Origin: Smithella sp.
GTDB lineage: Bacteria; Desulfobacterota; Syntrophia; Syntrophales; Smithellaceae
DNA length: 64,000 nucleotides
Reading direction: 5' to 3'
Assembly: GCA_018056685.1 (NCBI GenBank)
Contig: JAGPFC010000010.1
Span: 5,213-69,212, forward strand
Under the pieces are notes generated by a model. The model was not told the origin of the DNA and made no database searches. It was given only the letters and a program-made list of their open reading frames with translations. Every line of letters begins with the position of its first letter. Within the stretch, counting starts at the first letter, position 1. A program made the position numbers and the translations under genes. This document shows positions 29,566-38,583 of the stretch, piece by piece.

Positions 29566-29669
29566 AGGTTATCGATTTCTATCACCATATTCTTAATGAT
29601 CATTGAATTTTACACCGGTCTCCTTGAAGCGGATATGATGATGAAACATCCACAATATTATTTATAAAT

Positions 29670-30737
29670 TTATTTTACGCTTTCAAGAATGCTCAACCAA
29701 CTATTTTCAAAATTTTCCCTGGATAGTACGGTTTTAGCCTTATCCAGGTTTTTCTTTCCCATTGCTTCAGCTGTATTATTATGACCCAGCAAAAATATTA
29801 TTTTTTCAGCCATGGCATCCGCATCCTTTGTCGGGACAATATAACCGCCCACTTCCGAATCCAGGATTTCAGGAATACACCCTACGGACGTTGCCACAAC
29901 AGGTCTGCCGGCCGCCATCCACTCCACCGTGGCTCTGGATACAACCTCTGAATCATACGATGCAACGACCCCCACCGAACAATTATTTATGAAGCTTTTC
30001 AGTTTGTCTTTGCTTAAAAAACCATGATAAAAAATATTCTTTAAACCTAATTGCCGGCACATTTTTTCAAGCGTTTCCCATTGGATATTTTCTTCCGATC
30101 CTGCAATATGGAATTCTACATCTTCGAGTTTTGACTGCACGTTGGCTGCCGCCTCTAGGAAGGTCGCGTGTCCTTTGACGGGGTCCAGCCTTCCGATCAT
30201 TCCGACCGATTTTCTCCCCGGCAAAACAACGTCCGTCGTATCGTCAACACCCGCCGGAAAATATAAAGTTTGTATTTTATCCGCGTCTAAAGACAGTTTA
30301 TCGATAAGCTCCCTTCTGATTTTTTCAGTAGGCGCGATTAATCGACTAGTGTGTTTGTAAAGAAATTTGTTCAGTAAATTTTTATTGACGGTCTGAGCAA
30401 TGATTCTTGTTCTGATGACAGGCAGGCGATGGATCGCTGACCAGATGAAGGTGATAAAATGTAAGGAACCCGTATGAACGATGATGACATCCGGTTTTAC
30501 ATTTTGGCATATGGTCCCTATCTTTATAAAATTTAAGCCGGCGGATAAAATATCCCGACCGTGAATGGTCTTGATATTCAAACTGTTTTCCTTGGCTTTA
30601 CGGAACGACAATGAGTTTTTCGGACATGCCAGATAAGATTCAATCCCTGATTTCTTTTCAGTTTCCATGCAGCAGAATGCATAGGCTGAAAGTGCGCTCC
30701 ACCAGGGGATGTCTAATACGTGAAGAGTCCGCATCAT
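29670..30737 (-). CDS. Glycosyltransferase family 4 (GT-B)
   Basis: SEVVSRATVEWMAAGRPVVATSVGCIPE motif. 355 aa. Confidence 0.75.
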   Translation of the reverse strand: MMRTLHVLDIPWWSALSAYAFCCMETEKKSGIESYLACPKNSLSFRKAKENSLNIKTIHGRDILSAGLNFIKIGTICQNVKPDVIIVHTGSLHFITFIWSAIHRLPVIRTRIIAQTVNKNLLNKFLYKHTSRLIAPTEKIRRELIDKLSLDADKIQTLYFPAGVDDTTDVVLPGRKSVGMIGRLDPVKGHATFLEAAANVQSKLEDVEFHIAGSEENIQWETLEKMCRQLGLKNIFYHGFLSKDKLKSFINNCSVGVVASYDSEVVSRATVEWMAAGRPVVATSVGCIPEILDSEVGGYIVPTKDADAMAEKIIFLLGHNNTAEAMGKKNLDKAKTVLSRENFENSWLSILESVK

Positions 30738-31781
30738 TCAACTACCCAACGCCTTGGTATCCGCTAAAATTTTATCGAGAAAAAATTTAGCTTCAATAAT
30801 AACCGCCCCTGAAGATATGTCCCGCATACACTTAAAATGTTCTTCCGGACATTTTTTTTTGCCGTGCGAAGAACATGGTCTGCAGGGTAAATTTACTTCG
30901 ACAATGCGATTGTTTGTTCCATAAGGGGTGAATCCCAGTTCTTTTGTGGTTGATCCGAAGATTGCCACCAAAGGCACTTGCAATGCGGCGGCTATATGCA
31001 TGGGCCCGGAGTCATTGGTTATAAAAAGAGCGCATTGAGAAATCACGGTTGCCAGTTCTCTCAAACTGGTTTTGCCGCAAAGATCGATGTGTGGATGCTT
31101 GGATGCTGCCAGTACTTTATCAATATCGTCCCTGTCATTATTTGATCCGATCACTACAATCTTGGCGCCATAATGAGCCGTTAGCCAGTCGGCAACTTCC
31201 GCGAATCGTTCGGGTAACCATTTTTTTGTCGGCCAGACGGATCCAGGATTGATACCAACCAACAAATCATTCTGCCTGATGTTGTGCCTTTCACAAAAAT
31301 CATTCAAATGATGATCAACAAATATTTCAGGTGATTTTATCGTCGGTTGAATACCAACCTCTTGAAGAACATCCAGGTATTTTTCAATGGTATGTTGCGT
31401 TAAGAAATTGCCTTTCCTGCTGTTTTTTATATAAAGATATTTGCTTACGGTATTTTTGCGATAGACGATTATTCTGGGTATTCCGCAAAATAATCTTAAA
31501 ATGAATGACCTTACTTTATTATGCAGGTCAATAAAAACATCAAAATTTTCACTTCTGATTCGTCTGATCAGCGAGAATAGTGATTCCCCGTTTTTTAAAA
31601 CAATCAGGTTGTCAATATACGGATTGCCTTCCAGAATATCAGAAAACTTTTCTTTAACAGCAACGTAAATTTTACATTCCGGGTAAGATAACTTTAAATT
31701 ATGATATACAGGAGTCGTCAGGACGATATCGCCCAGTGATGAGAATCTTGTTACAAGTATTTTAGAATTCTTTTTAATCAT
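30738..31781 (-). CDS. Glycosyltransferase family 9 (heptosyltransferase WaaC/WaaF-like)
   Basis: ILVTRFSSLGDIVLTTP and TNDSGPMHIAAALQVPLVAIFG. Abuts both neighbouring genes with no gap. Confidence 0.8.
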   Translation of the reverse strand: MIKKNSKILVTRFSSLGDIVLTTPVYHNLKLSYPECKIYVAVKEKFSDILEGNPYIDNLIVLKNGESLFSLIRRIRSENFDVFIDLHNKVRSFILRLFCGIPRIIVYRKNTVSKYLYIKNSRKGNFLTQHTIEKYLDVLQEVGIQPTIKSPEIFVDHHLNDFCERHNIRQNDLLVGINPGSVWPTKKWLPERFAEVADWLTAHYGAKIVVIGSNNDRDDIDKVLAASKHPHIDLCGKTSLRELATVISQCALFITNDSGPMHIAAALQVPLVAIFGSTTKELGFTPYGTNNRIVEVNLPCRPCSSHGKKKCPEEHFKCMRDISSGAVIIEAKFFLDKILADTKALGS

Positions 31782-32840
31782 TTATTTTTTCTTTGTCTTG
31801 TAGTGATAGCGGTAATAACGACGATGGCCCCATGACCATTGTTCGGGATAACGGCGGATTAAGTCCTCCAGTTTCCTGTTGAGCTCGGTCAGCCAGTAAA
31901 TATAGGTTGTCTCTTCATCATTCTTTCTTTCAACTCTGATCGGTGGATGAACTATAATGCGTAAAACATCACCCTCATAGACGCAAACCGCAAAGATGAT
32001 CGGGGAGTCAAACTCGAGCGCGTATTTGATGCAACCGACGTGAGTCGGAGCGGGAATGTCAAAGAATGGGACATCAACACTTTTCTTGCCACTGGTCGCA
32101 TATTGGTCAATGACAAAATCTACACTTCGGTTTCTTTTCAGCAGGTTGTATTCAATCATATCGCGAAGGCTTTCGCGTTCTTTTTTTACCACCTTACCGT
32201 TGACAATCCCCTTGTCTTGCCGAGGCACCTGCAGCAAATCAAATCCATATTTGATCCGTTTTTGTCCAATGATCCAGTCAAAGACAGCACTTGACATTCT
32301 CTTATAGATGACGGACATGGGGATCCCCTGTTGAATGAGGATTGCACCGCAGAGTTCCCAGTTGCCGAGATGTCCGGTCACACCACAAAAACCTCTTTTA
32401 CCTTCCAGAGCCTGAGTAAAATATTCGTAATTTTCAATCGTAATGTTGACAAGACTCTCTGGCGGAAAGTAGATATCCGTAAAAAGAAAATCAAGTCCGA
32501 CCCTTACAAAATGGCGGAAACAGCCAAGGGCAATCCGCTTTTTCTCGGCTGGAGACTTCTCATTGCCAAAAACGATATCGAGATTCGTCAGCATGATCCG
32601 GCGGTAACGCCGCATCAGGTGGTAAAGAAGCGTTCCGATGCCTATGTATAGAGCCTTGCGCAGCGGGAAGCCGCCAATCCGCAACGGCAGACTGATCAGG
32701 GCCAGCATCATGCGAAAAAGATAAACGGCAGCCATCTGGGCGGGCGAATACTTGCGTATCAGAAATTCGCCTGGTTGAGACTGATCATTTAGGCCGGCCT
32801 TGGCCGAATGCGCTTGTTGTTCGGACATAATGTTTTCCAT
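31782..32840 (-). CDS. LpxL/HtrB-family lipid A late acyltransferase (lysophospholipid acyltransferase superfamily)
   Basis: Active-site-like region GFCGVTGHLGNWE (HxxxxE-type) and an N-terminal TM. Start set at the ATG at 32840 because a promoter lies inside the longer track ORF; the ATG at 32828 is an alternative. Confidence 0.7.
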   Translation of the reverse strand: MENIMSEQQAHSAKAGLNDQSQPGEFLIRKYSPAQMAAVYLFRMMLALISLPLRIGGFPLRKALYIGIGTLLYHLMRRYRRIMLTNLDIVFGNEKSPAEKKRIALGCFRHFVRVGLDFLFTDIYFPPESLVNITIENYEYFTQALEGKRGFCGVTGHLGNWELCGAILIQQGIPMSVIYKRMSSAVFDWIIGQKRIKYGFDLLQVPRQDKGIVNGKVVKKERESLRDMIEYNLLKRNRSVDFVIDQYATSGKKSVDVPFFDIPAPTHVGCIKYALEFDSPIIFAVCVYEGDVLRIIVHPPIRVERKNDEETTYIYWLTELNRKLEDLIRRYPEQWSWGHRRYYRYHYKTKKK

Positions 32841-32876
32841 ACTTGTGCTGATTGACAAGAATTTTTTTTGCGGCAA

Positions 32877-32905
32877 AGTATAGGAAACACGGTCTTGCCT
32901 GTCAA
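32877..32905 (-). promoter_or_regulatory. Sigma-70-like promoter (TTGACA-N17-TATACT) upstream of the LpxL-like gene
   Basis: On the minus strand: TTGACA at 32905-32900, 17-nt spacer, TATACT at 32882-32877. Confidence 0.5.
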
Positions 32906-32955
32906 GGTAATCATGAGCAGGTAATTGTGAACAGGGAGGATGATCCATGATATTT

Positions 32956-33666
32956 TTATTTGAATGAAAATGAATATCCGATGATTCCGAAAACAGAATT
33001 TATCCCATCGTTAGGCTTTTCAAGACCTGCGTTGGACAAATGGCGCAGCCAGCATCCAAAACTGATCGCCGACGATTCGGTCAGATGATAATAGATTCCC
33101 GCACCGACCAAATCTGAAAACAGAAAACCGTTTTCTTGATGCCGCTGAATTTTTTCGATGGCAATGTAATGAGGGCTGATCCCCGCGCGAATATATGCCG
33201 AAAATTTATCATGAACCGGATGCAGGTATTGAAGGCCCAGACCCAGGCCAAGCTCATAATCATCTCCCGAATTGAAGACGGGACTGAATTGCGGTTCAAT
33301 AAAAAATGAGAGCTTGCCCTGATAAGAATTCAGGGCGGGGAAAAATCTATCCAGATTGATCCCGAGGTGCAGAATCATTAATGCCGTCTGGTAATGAGCT
33401 GTATGTGTTTTTCCGGGTCCGTATCCCACAAGAAATGCCGCTTCAGAAAAAAAATGATCTACAGCCGGTGATGAAAAGGGATGGCCCTCACTACCCATGA
33501 CCACGCTATTTTGTAGCATGATCAGCAAAACAATACCGTAAACTAAAAAGAAGCGCTGGATGGGTTTCAAAGTTGATACCTTGGTGAAATTATTTTGGAC
33601 GACCTCAAGCTTTAAAAACATGCTGTTCCTCATGGCAACTGCCTTGTATGGCATTTCAGCTATCAC
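32956..33666 (-). CDS. PagL-like lipid A deacylase / acyloxyacyl hydrolase-type outer-membrane beta-barrel
   Basis: The C-terminal RHLSNAG motif (His ... Ser-Asn) and terminal aromatic (YSFSFK) are typical of small OM barrels of this family. The start codon is uncertain. Confidence 0.6.
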   Translation of the reverse strand: MIAEMPYKAVAMRNSMFLKLEVVQNNFTKVSTLKPIQRFFLVYGIVLLIMLQNSVVMGSEGHPFSSPAVDHFFSEAAFLVGYGPGKTHTAHYQTALMILHLGINLDRFFPALNSYQGKLSFFIEPQFSPVFNSGDDYELGLGLGLQYLHPVHDKFSAYIRAGISPHYIAIEKIQRHQENGFLFSDLVGAGIYYHLTESSAISFGCWLRHLSNAGLEKPNDGINSVFGIIGYSFSFK

Positions 33667-33864
33667 GATAGCATAGAATCATCCATTATAATTTCTGGAT
33701 TTATAGATTTTTATTATTTCCACCTTAACATTTTCATGCGGGCATCTATACCGGAATAAACGGTTGACACTTCAGGTGAACAGTTGAATTTTCCCGATTC
33801 GATATTGTTTTATCCGGTAATATCTGATAATTCGAAAAGCCGTTGGAAGAAGGTTCTTAATGAT

Positions 33865-34395
33865 ATGAAAGTGTTAATGCACATCTGCTGCGGGCCGTGT
33901 ACGATTTATCCCCTGAAGGAATTACGCACTCAGGGACATGAGGTCACCGGAGTTTTTTACAATCCCAACATTCATCCCTATCAGGAATACCAGCGACGTC
34001 GTCAGACTCTCAGTGATTACGCCGACAAGACATTTTTGAATGTGATCTGGCCGGAGGGTTATCCACTGGAAGATTTTTTACGCGCAGTTGCTCATCTCAA
34101 GGAAAATGAGAGATGTGCCTTTTGCCTTCGGGATCGCCTGATGTACACGGCCCAGTTGGCTGTTCGGGGACAATATGATTATTTTACGACAACATTATTA
34201 TACAGCAAATTTCAGAAGCACGACTTGATCAGGGAAATTGGTAATGATTTGAGCGCGAAATTGGGAATACTCTTTTATTATCATGACTTTCGAGAAGGAT
34301 GGTCGGAAGGCGTAAAGATATCCAGGGAAACGGGAATGTACCGCCAGCCCTACTGCGGGTGTGTGTATTCTGAAAAACAGCGATATTACAAATAG
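33865..34395 (+). CDS. queH: Epoxyqueuosine reductase QueH
   Basis: MKVLMHICCGPCTIYP N-terminus, CAFC, and C-terminal YRQPYCGCVYS. The ATG at 33865 is preferred over the track's TTG at 33784. Confidence 0.8.
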   Translation: MKVLMHICCGPCTIYPLKELRTQGHEVTGVFYNPNIHPYQEYQRRRQTLSDYADKTFLNVIWPEGYPLEDFLRAVAHLKENERCAFCLRDRLMYTAQLAVRGQYDYFTTTLLYSKFQKHDLIREIGNDLSAKLGILFYYHDFREGWSEGVKISRETGMYRQPYCGCVYSEKQRYYK

Positions 34396-34539
34396 ATCAA
34401 GATATTTGTATAACTAATACATTAGGTGTGTATATTTTGCCACATATCAACAGGGCATCCCTGCTTCAACTTTGGCCAGTTTAATCATAATATCAATTAT
34501 TCTGATAACTTATTTTTTTGTGTAGGATATGTCTGAAAA

Positions 34540-34555
34540 TGGTATGGTATTTGCT
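34540..34555 (+). promoter_or_regulatory. Candidate sigma-54 (-24/-12) promoter upstream of lpxC
   Basis: TGGTATG-GTAT-TTGCT matches TGGCACG-N4-TTGCW with correct GG/GC spacing and 2 mismatches. The GC lies about 35 nt before the lpxC ATG. Confidence 0.4.
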
Positions 34556-34587
34556 GTAAATTAAATGAATAATTGAGGATTGATATC

Positions 34588-35517
34588 ATGCATTTACAGC
34601 GGACATTAAAAAAAGAAACAAGTTGTTTCAGTATAGGTTTGCATACCGGCCGTAAAATAAACATGAAAATAAAACCGGCTCCGGCTGATACAGGCATTGT
34701 ATTTATCCGCAAGGATTTACCTGATGCCGGACTGATTCACGCGCGTTACGATAATGTTTCTGATACAACCCTAGCAACAACAATCGGTTCCAATGGCGTT
34801 ACCGTTTCCACAGTCGAACATCTTTTGTCGGCATTCAGCGGTATGGGGGTGGACAACGCGATAATAGAACTGGACTCTTTTGAGGTGCCGGTCATGGACG
34901 GCAGTGCGCTTCCCTTTGTGAATATGCTCAAAGAAGTGGGAACACATGTACAGAAGAAAAATAAGAAGATGTTAATCGTTAAAAAACCGGTATCGGTTAA
35001 CAGTGGTGATTGCAGTGCGATGTTCATGCCTGCGGATGCCTATAAAATAAGCTATGAGATAGAATTTCAGCATCCGGTGATCGGCCGGCAGTCCTATCAC
35101 ATGACTTTTTCAGATGAGATCTATGAAAAAGAAATATGCGCTGCGCAAACATTTGGTTTTCTAAAAGATCTGGAGTTTCTGCAGGCCAGAGGTCTTGCAT
35201 TGGGAGGGTCTCTGAAAAATGCCATTGTCCTGGATGATAAAAAAATCATTAATAAGGAAGGACAGCGCATGCCCGACGCATTCGTGAAGCATAAAATACT
35301 GGATGCCATCGGCGATTTATTTCTGCTGGGCATGCCGATCATCGGCCATTTTGTGGCTTATAAATCAGGTCATCGTTTAAACAATCTGTTACTCAGAGAG
35401 TTAATGAGCCAACCGGATTGTTGGGAAATCGTCAACGGTAATGACAAAAAAGAACATCGTAAGCTTCATCATTTTAAAATCCCTTCTTTTAGAACATTGG
35501 ATGCCATTCAAGTTTAA
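34588..35517 (+). CDS. lpxC: UDP-3-O-acyl-N-acetylglucosamine deacetylase
   Basis: MHLQRTLKKETSCFSIGLHTGRKINMKIKPAPADTGIVFIR, with HKILDAIGDL and SGH near the C-terminus. GAGGA lies 8 nt before the ATG at 34588. Confidence 0.9.
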   Translation: MHLQRTLKKETSCFSIGLHTGRKINMKIKPAPADTGIVFIRKDLPDAGLIHARYDNVSDTTLATTIGSNGVTVSTVEHLLSAFSGMGVDNAIIELDSFEVPVMDGSALPFVNMLKEVGTHVQKKNKKMLIVKKPVSVNSGDCSAMFMPADAYKISYEIEFQHPVIGRQSYHMTFSDEIYEKEICAAQTFGFLKDLEFLQARGLALGGSLKNAIVLDDKKIINKEGQRMPDAFVKHKILDAIGDLFLLGMPIIGHFVAYKSGHRLNNLLLRELMSQPDCWEIVNGNDKKEHRKLHHFKIPSFRTLDAIQV

Positions 35518-35699
35518 ACCAAATTAATCTTGATTTTTATCCGTATGTTGCCTAGTATTCTTCGATAAATTTCATATCGTTTGAATATGCGCCTTTACGA
35601 TAGTTTATTCTTTCAATCCAAAGCGCACGATGTAGGTTTAACTGATTAATATTGCTACAATCAATTCTGACGGTGCATTACGGGCATTTCATCAGATTG

Positions 35700-36284
35700 A
35701 TGAGTAAATCTATGAAAAAATTAAGAAATAAATTCCGGGGTTTGATTTTCAGTGTCCTGTTGATTCTTACTTTCTGCTTTCCCGCCGTCAATCACGCTCT
35801 TGAACCCAGAATTATGGATGTTCTGATTACCAATGATTTTGAGAATGTTCTCTTGTATGCCCGTTTAGTCAACGGTTTTAAACCCCAAATGGAAAGAGCC
35901 GTTTCAGCAGGAATATCTACTGTTTTTACCATGTGGATTGAGGTGTATGAAGAAAGACCGTTGCTGTGGGATAGAAAAATAACCGTTCAGGAGATCATGC
36001 GTACGATTCATTACGACAATCTGAAGAAAACTTATACCGTTACAACGACAAAAAATGAGCCGGTTGTTTTTAATAGTTTTGAAGGCGCTCAAAAAGCGAT
36101 GTCTGATTTTAACGGGATTGTCATTGCTCCGATGTCCGCATTGACCAAGGGAAGAAACTATTATGTGATGGTTAAAATAAAAATGGACAAGGTTCGGTTG
36201 CCCTTGCATATGGAATCTGTTTTTTTCTTTGTTTCGTTATGGGATTTTGAGACCCCCTGGTATCGACAGAAATTTTCTTATTAA
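35700..36284 (+). CDS. Secreted protein, DUF4390-like (family name from memory)
   Basis: Signal-like N-terminus MKKLRNKFRGLIFSVLLILTFCFPAVNHA. Lies immediately upstream of an NtrY-like kinase, the usual context for this family. The start is the ATG at 35700 or 35712. Confidence 0.6.
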   Translation: MSKSMKKLRNKFRGLIFSVLLILTFCFPAVNHALEPRIMDVLITNDFENVLLYARLVNGFKPQMERAVSAGISTVFTMWIEVYEERPLLWDRKITVQEIMRTIHYDNLKKTYTVTTTKNEPVVFNSFEGAQKAMSDFNGIVIAPMSALTKGRNYYVMVKIKMDKVRLPLHMESVFFFVSLWDFETPWYRQKFSY

Positions 36285-36320
36285 CAGATAATTTATACAC
36301 CTAAAAACCATTATTGGCTG

Positions 36321-38537
36321 ATGCAAAAAAAATCTTCCCCAAGAATCATTGACGAGAATGAATTAAAAAAACGTCGCCGTGAGTTGATCATCATTGTGGT
36401 CGTCGGTATTCTGGCCATTATCTTCACTTTAGTCGCGAGTACTTTTTTCAATAAATATAATCTGCCGCTGTCCACGAATATCTTTGTCTTTGGACTGACC
36501 AGCATCAATTTTATCCTCATCGTTCTGCTGCTGTTCCTGATTATCCGGAATGTCGTCAAGCTGTTTTATGAGCATCGCCGGGGAGTGATCGGTTCCCGGT
36601 TGAGGACAAAACTTGTCGCCACATTTGTCGGTCTTTCTCTGATTCCAACTATTTTGCTTTTCTTGTTTGCCATCAACTTTCTTTCTTACAGCATTGATTT
36701 CTGGTTTAATATCAAGATCGGCGAGACGTTGAACCGTTCTCTGGAGGTTGCTCAGGTTTATTATCAGCAAATGCAGGAACAGGCCAAATTCAATGCCCGG
36801 CAGATCAGCGCGGATATCACAAAAAACCGTCTTTATGAAAAGGAACGCGCGGACTATCTGAAAGTTTTTATTGAACAGCGTCAAAAAAATTATAAGCAGG
36901 GAATGATTGAAGTATATTTTGATTTTCAGCAGGAAAAGATGGTTTTCCCCGATCTTGAATATCCTGATCTGATGCCTGTGGATCTGACACCCAAGATGAC
37001 AGAGGACATTTATTCCGGTAAAGAAGAATCTACCATTCAACCTTCAGACAAGGGAGATATCATCGTCGGCATTGCTCCCGTGTTTGCATCCGCCATTCCT
37101 GGAGAAGTGATTGGCCGCGTTTCGGTCAGCTACCTGATTCCAAAAGGGTTTGTGGATAAATTAAAAAGTATCGCCGACGCTTCAGGGCAGTATCAGAAGA
37201 TTGAGCTGTTAAAAAAACCGATAAAGCTTAATTACACAGTTACGCTGTCCATCGTGACGCTGGTGATCATTTTTCTGGCTACCTGGTTCGGATTGACGCT
37301 GGCCAAAGAGATTACCGGACCGATTCAAAATCTGGTAACCGCAACCAACAGAATCACCAGGGGTGAGCTGGACAGTCAAATTGATATTGAAGCTGATGAC
37401 GAAATCGGAATTCTGGTGAAATCATTCAACCAAATGACAAAGGATTTAAAGAAAAGTCAGGACAGTTTAAAAGAGGCTAACGTCAATCTGGAGCAGCGCC
37501 GTCAATATATGGAAACCGTTTTGCGCAACGTTTCCGCCGGTGTGATTTCAGTGGATAAAAACGGGATCATCACAACATTGAACAGCGCTGCGGAAAAAAT
37601 GTTTGAAATCAAAGCCGAGAAGGTGCTTTTACAGAATTATCGCGACCTCATGATGCCGGAGCATATTTCTCTTGTCGATGAATTTTTGCAGGAAATGAAG
37701 GAGAACAATGAGGGAATACTGGAAAAACAGTTGGAAATTATGCTGAAAGACAAGGCCCTGACGGTTCTTGTGACGATGACAACCATTCAGGATGAACAAG
37801 ATCATGATTCCGGCATCGTTGTTGTTTTTGAGGATATGACACAGCTCCAGAAGGCGGAACGCGCAGCCGCCTGGCGCGAGGTCGCCCGTCGCATGGCCCA
37901 TGAGATCAAAAATCCGCTGACACCGGTGCAGCTTTCCGCGCAGAGACTGCAGCGCAAATATGAAGATAAACTGGGCGAGGACGGTTCGGTATTCAAAGAA
38001 TGCACGCAGACCATTATCGATCAGGTCGAAGTCCTGAAAAATCTGGTGAATGAATTTTCCCGCTACGCGAGAATGCCCGTTACAACCCCGTCGCCCAATG
38101 ATTTAAACGCCATTGTCGCTGAAACGGTCTCCCTGTTTCAGGATGCTCATAAAGATATAACGTTTGACTTTAAGACGGCAGAGGGGCTGCCGAAGTTTGA
38201 TTTGGATGCGGAACAAATCAACAGAGTGATGATCAATCTTCTGGATAACGCCGTGTCAGCCATAAATAAGAAAAACGGCAATATTGATGTGACGGTGAGG
38301 TATGATGAACAGCATCACCGGGTCAGTGTTTCAATTGCGGATGACGGTGCCGGGGTTCCGGCAAGTTACAAACGGAAAATATTCGAACCGTATTTTTCAA
38401 CAAAGAAGTCCGGCACGGGACTGGGGTTGGCCATTGTCAGCTCGATTATTTCCGATCATCACGGTCAGGTCAGCATTGCCGATAATGTTCCCACGGGAAC
38501 GGTGGTTTCTTTTCATTTGCCGGTTTCACCGGTGTAA
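36321..38537 (+). CDS. ntrY: NtrY-like sensor histidine kinase (TM-HAMP-PAS-HisKA-HATPase)
   Basis: 738-aa ORF with N-terminal TM helices, HAMP, PAS, H-box MAHEIKNPLTP, and ATPase motifs DDGAGVP and GTGLGLAIV. Confidence 0.8.
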   Translation: MQKKSSPRIIDENELKKRRRELIIIVVVGILAIIFTLVASTFFNKYNLPLSTNIFVFGLTSINFILIVLLLFLIIRNVVKLFYEHRRGVIGSRLRTKLVATFVGLSLIPTILLFLFAINFLSYSIDFWFNIKIGETLNRSLEVAQVYYQQMQEQAKFNARQISADITKNRLYEKERADYLKVFIEQRQKNYKQGMIEVYFDFQQEKMVFPDLEYPDLMPVDLTPKMTEDIYSGKEESTIQPSDKGDIIVGIAPVFASAIPGEVIGRVSVSYLIPKGFVDKLKSIADASGQYQKIELLKKPIKLNYTVTLSIVTLVIIFLATWFGLTLAKEITGPIQNLVTATNRITRGELDSQIDIEADDEIGILVKSFNQMTKDLKKSQDSLKEANVNLEQRRQYMETVLRNVSAGVISVDKNGIITTLNSAAEKMFEIKAEKVLLQNYRDLMMPEHISLVDEFLQEMKENNEGILEKQLEIMLKDKALTVLVTMTTIQDEQDHDSGIVVVFEDMTQLQKAERAAAWREVARRMAHEIKNPLTPVQLSAQRLQRKYEDKLGEDGSVFKECTQTIIDQVEVLKNLVNEFSRYARMPVTTPSPNDLNAIVAETVSLFQDAHKDITFDFKTAEGLPKFDLDAEQINRVMINLLDNAVSAINKKNGNIDVTVRYDEQHHRVSVSIADDGAGVPASYKRKIFEPYFSTKKSGTGLGLAIVSSIISDHHGQVSIADNVPTGTVVSFHLPVSPV

Positions 38538-38583
38538 ATGATATAATACTTAATTATAAAACTTTGAGATTGAAAGAGTAATT

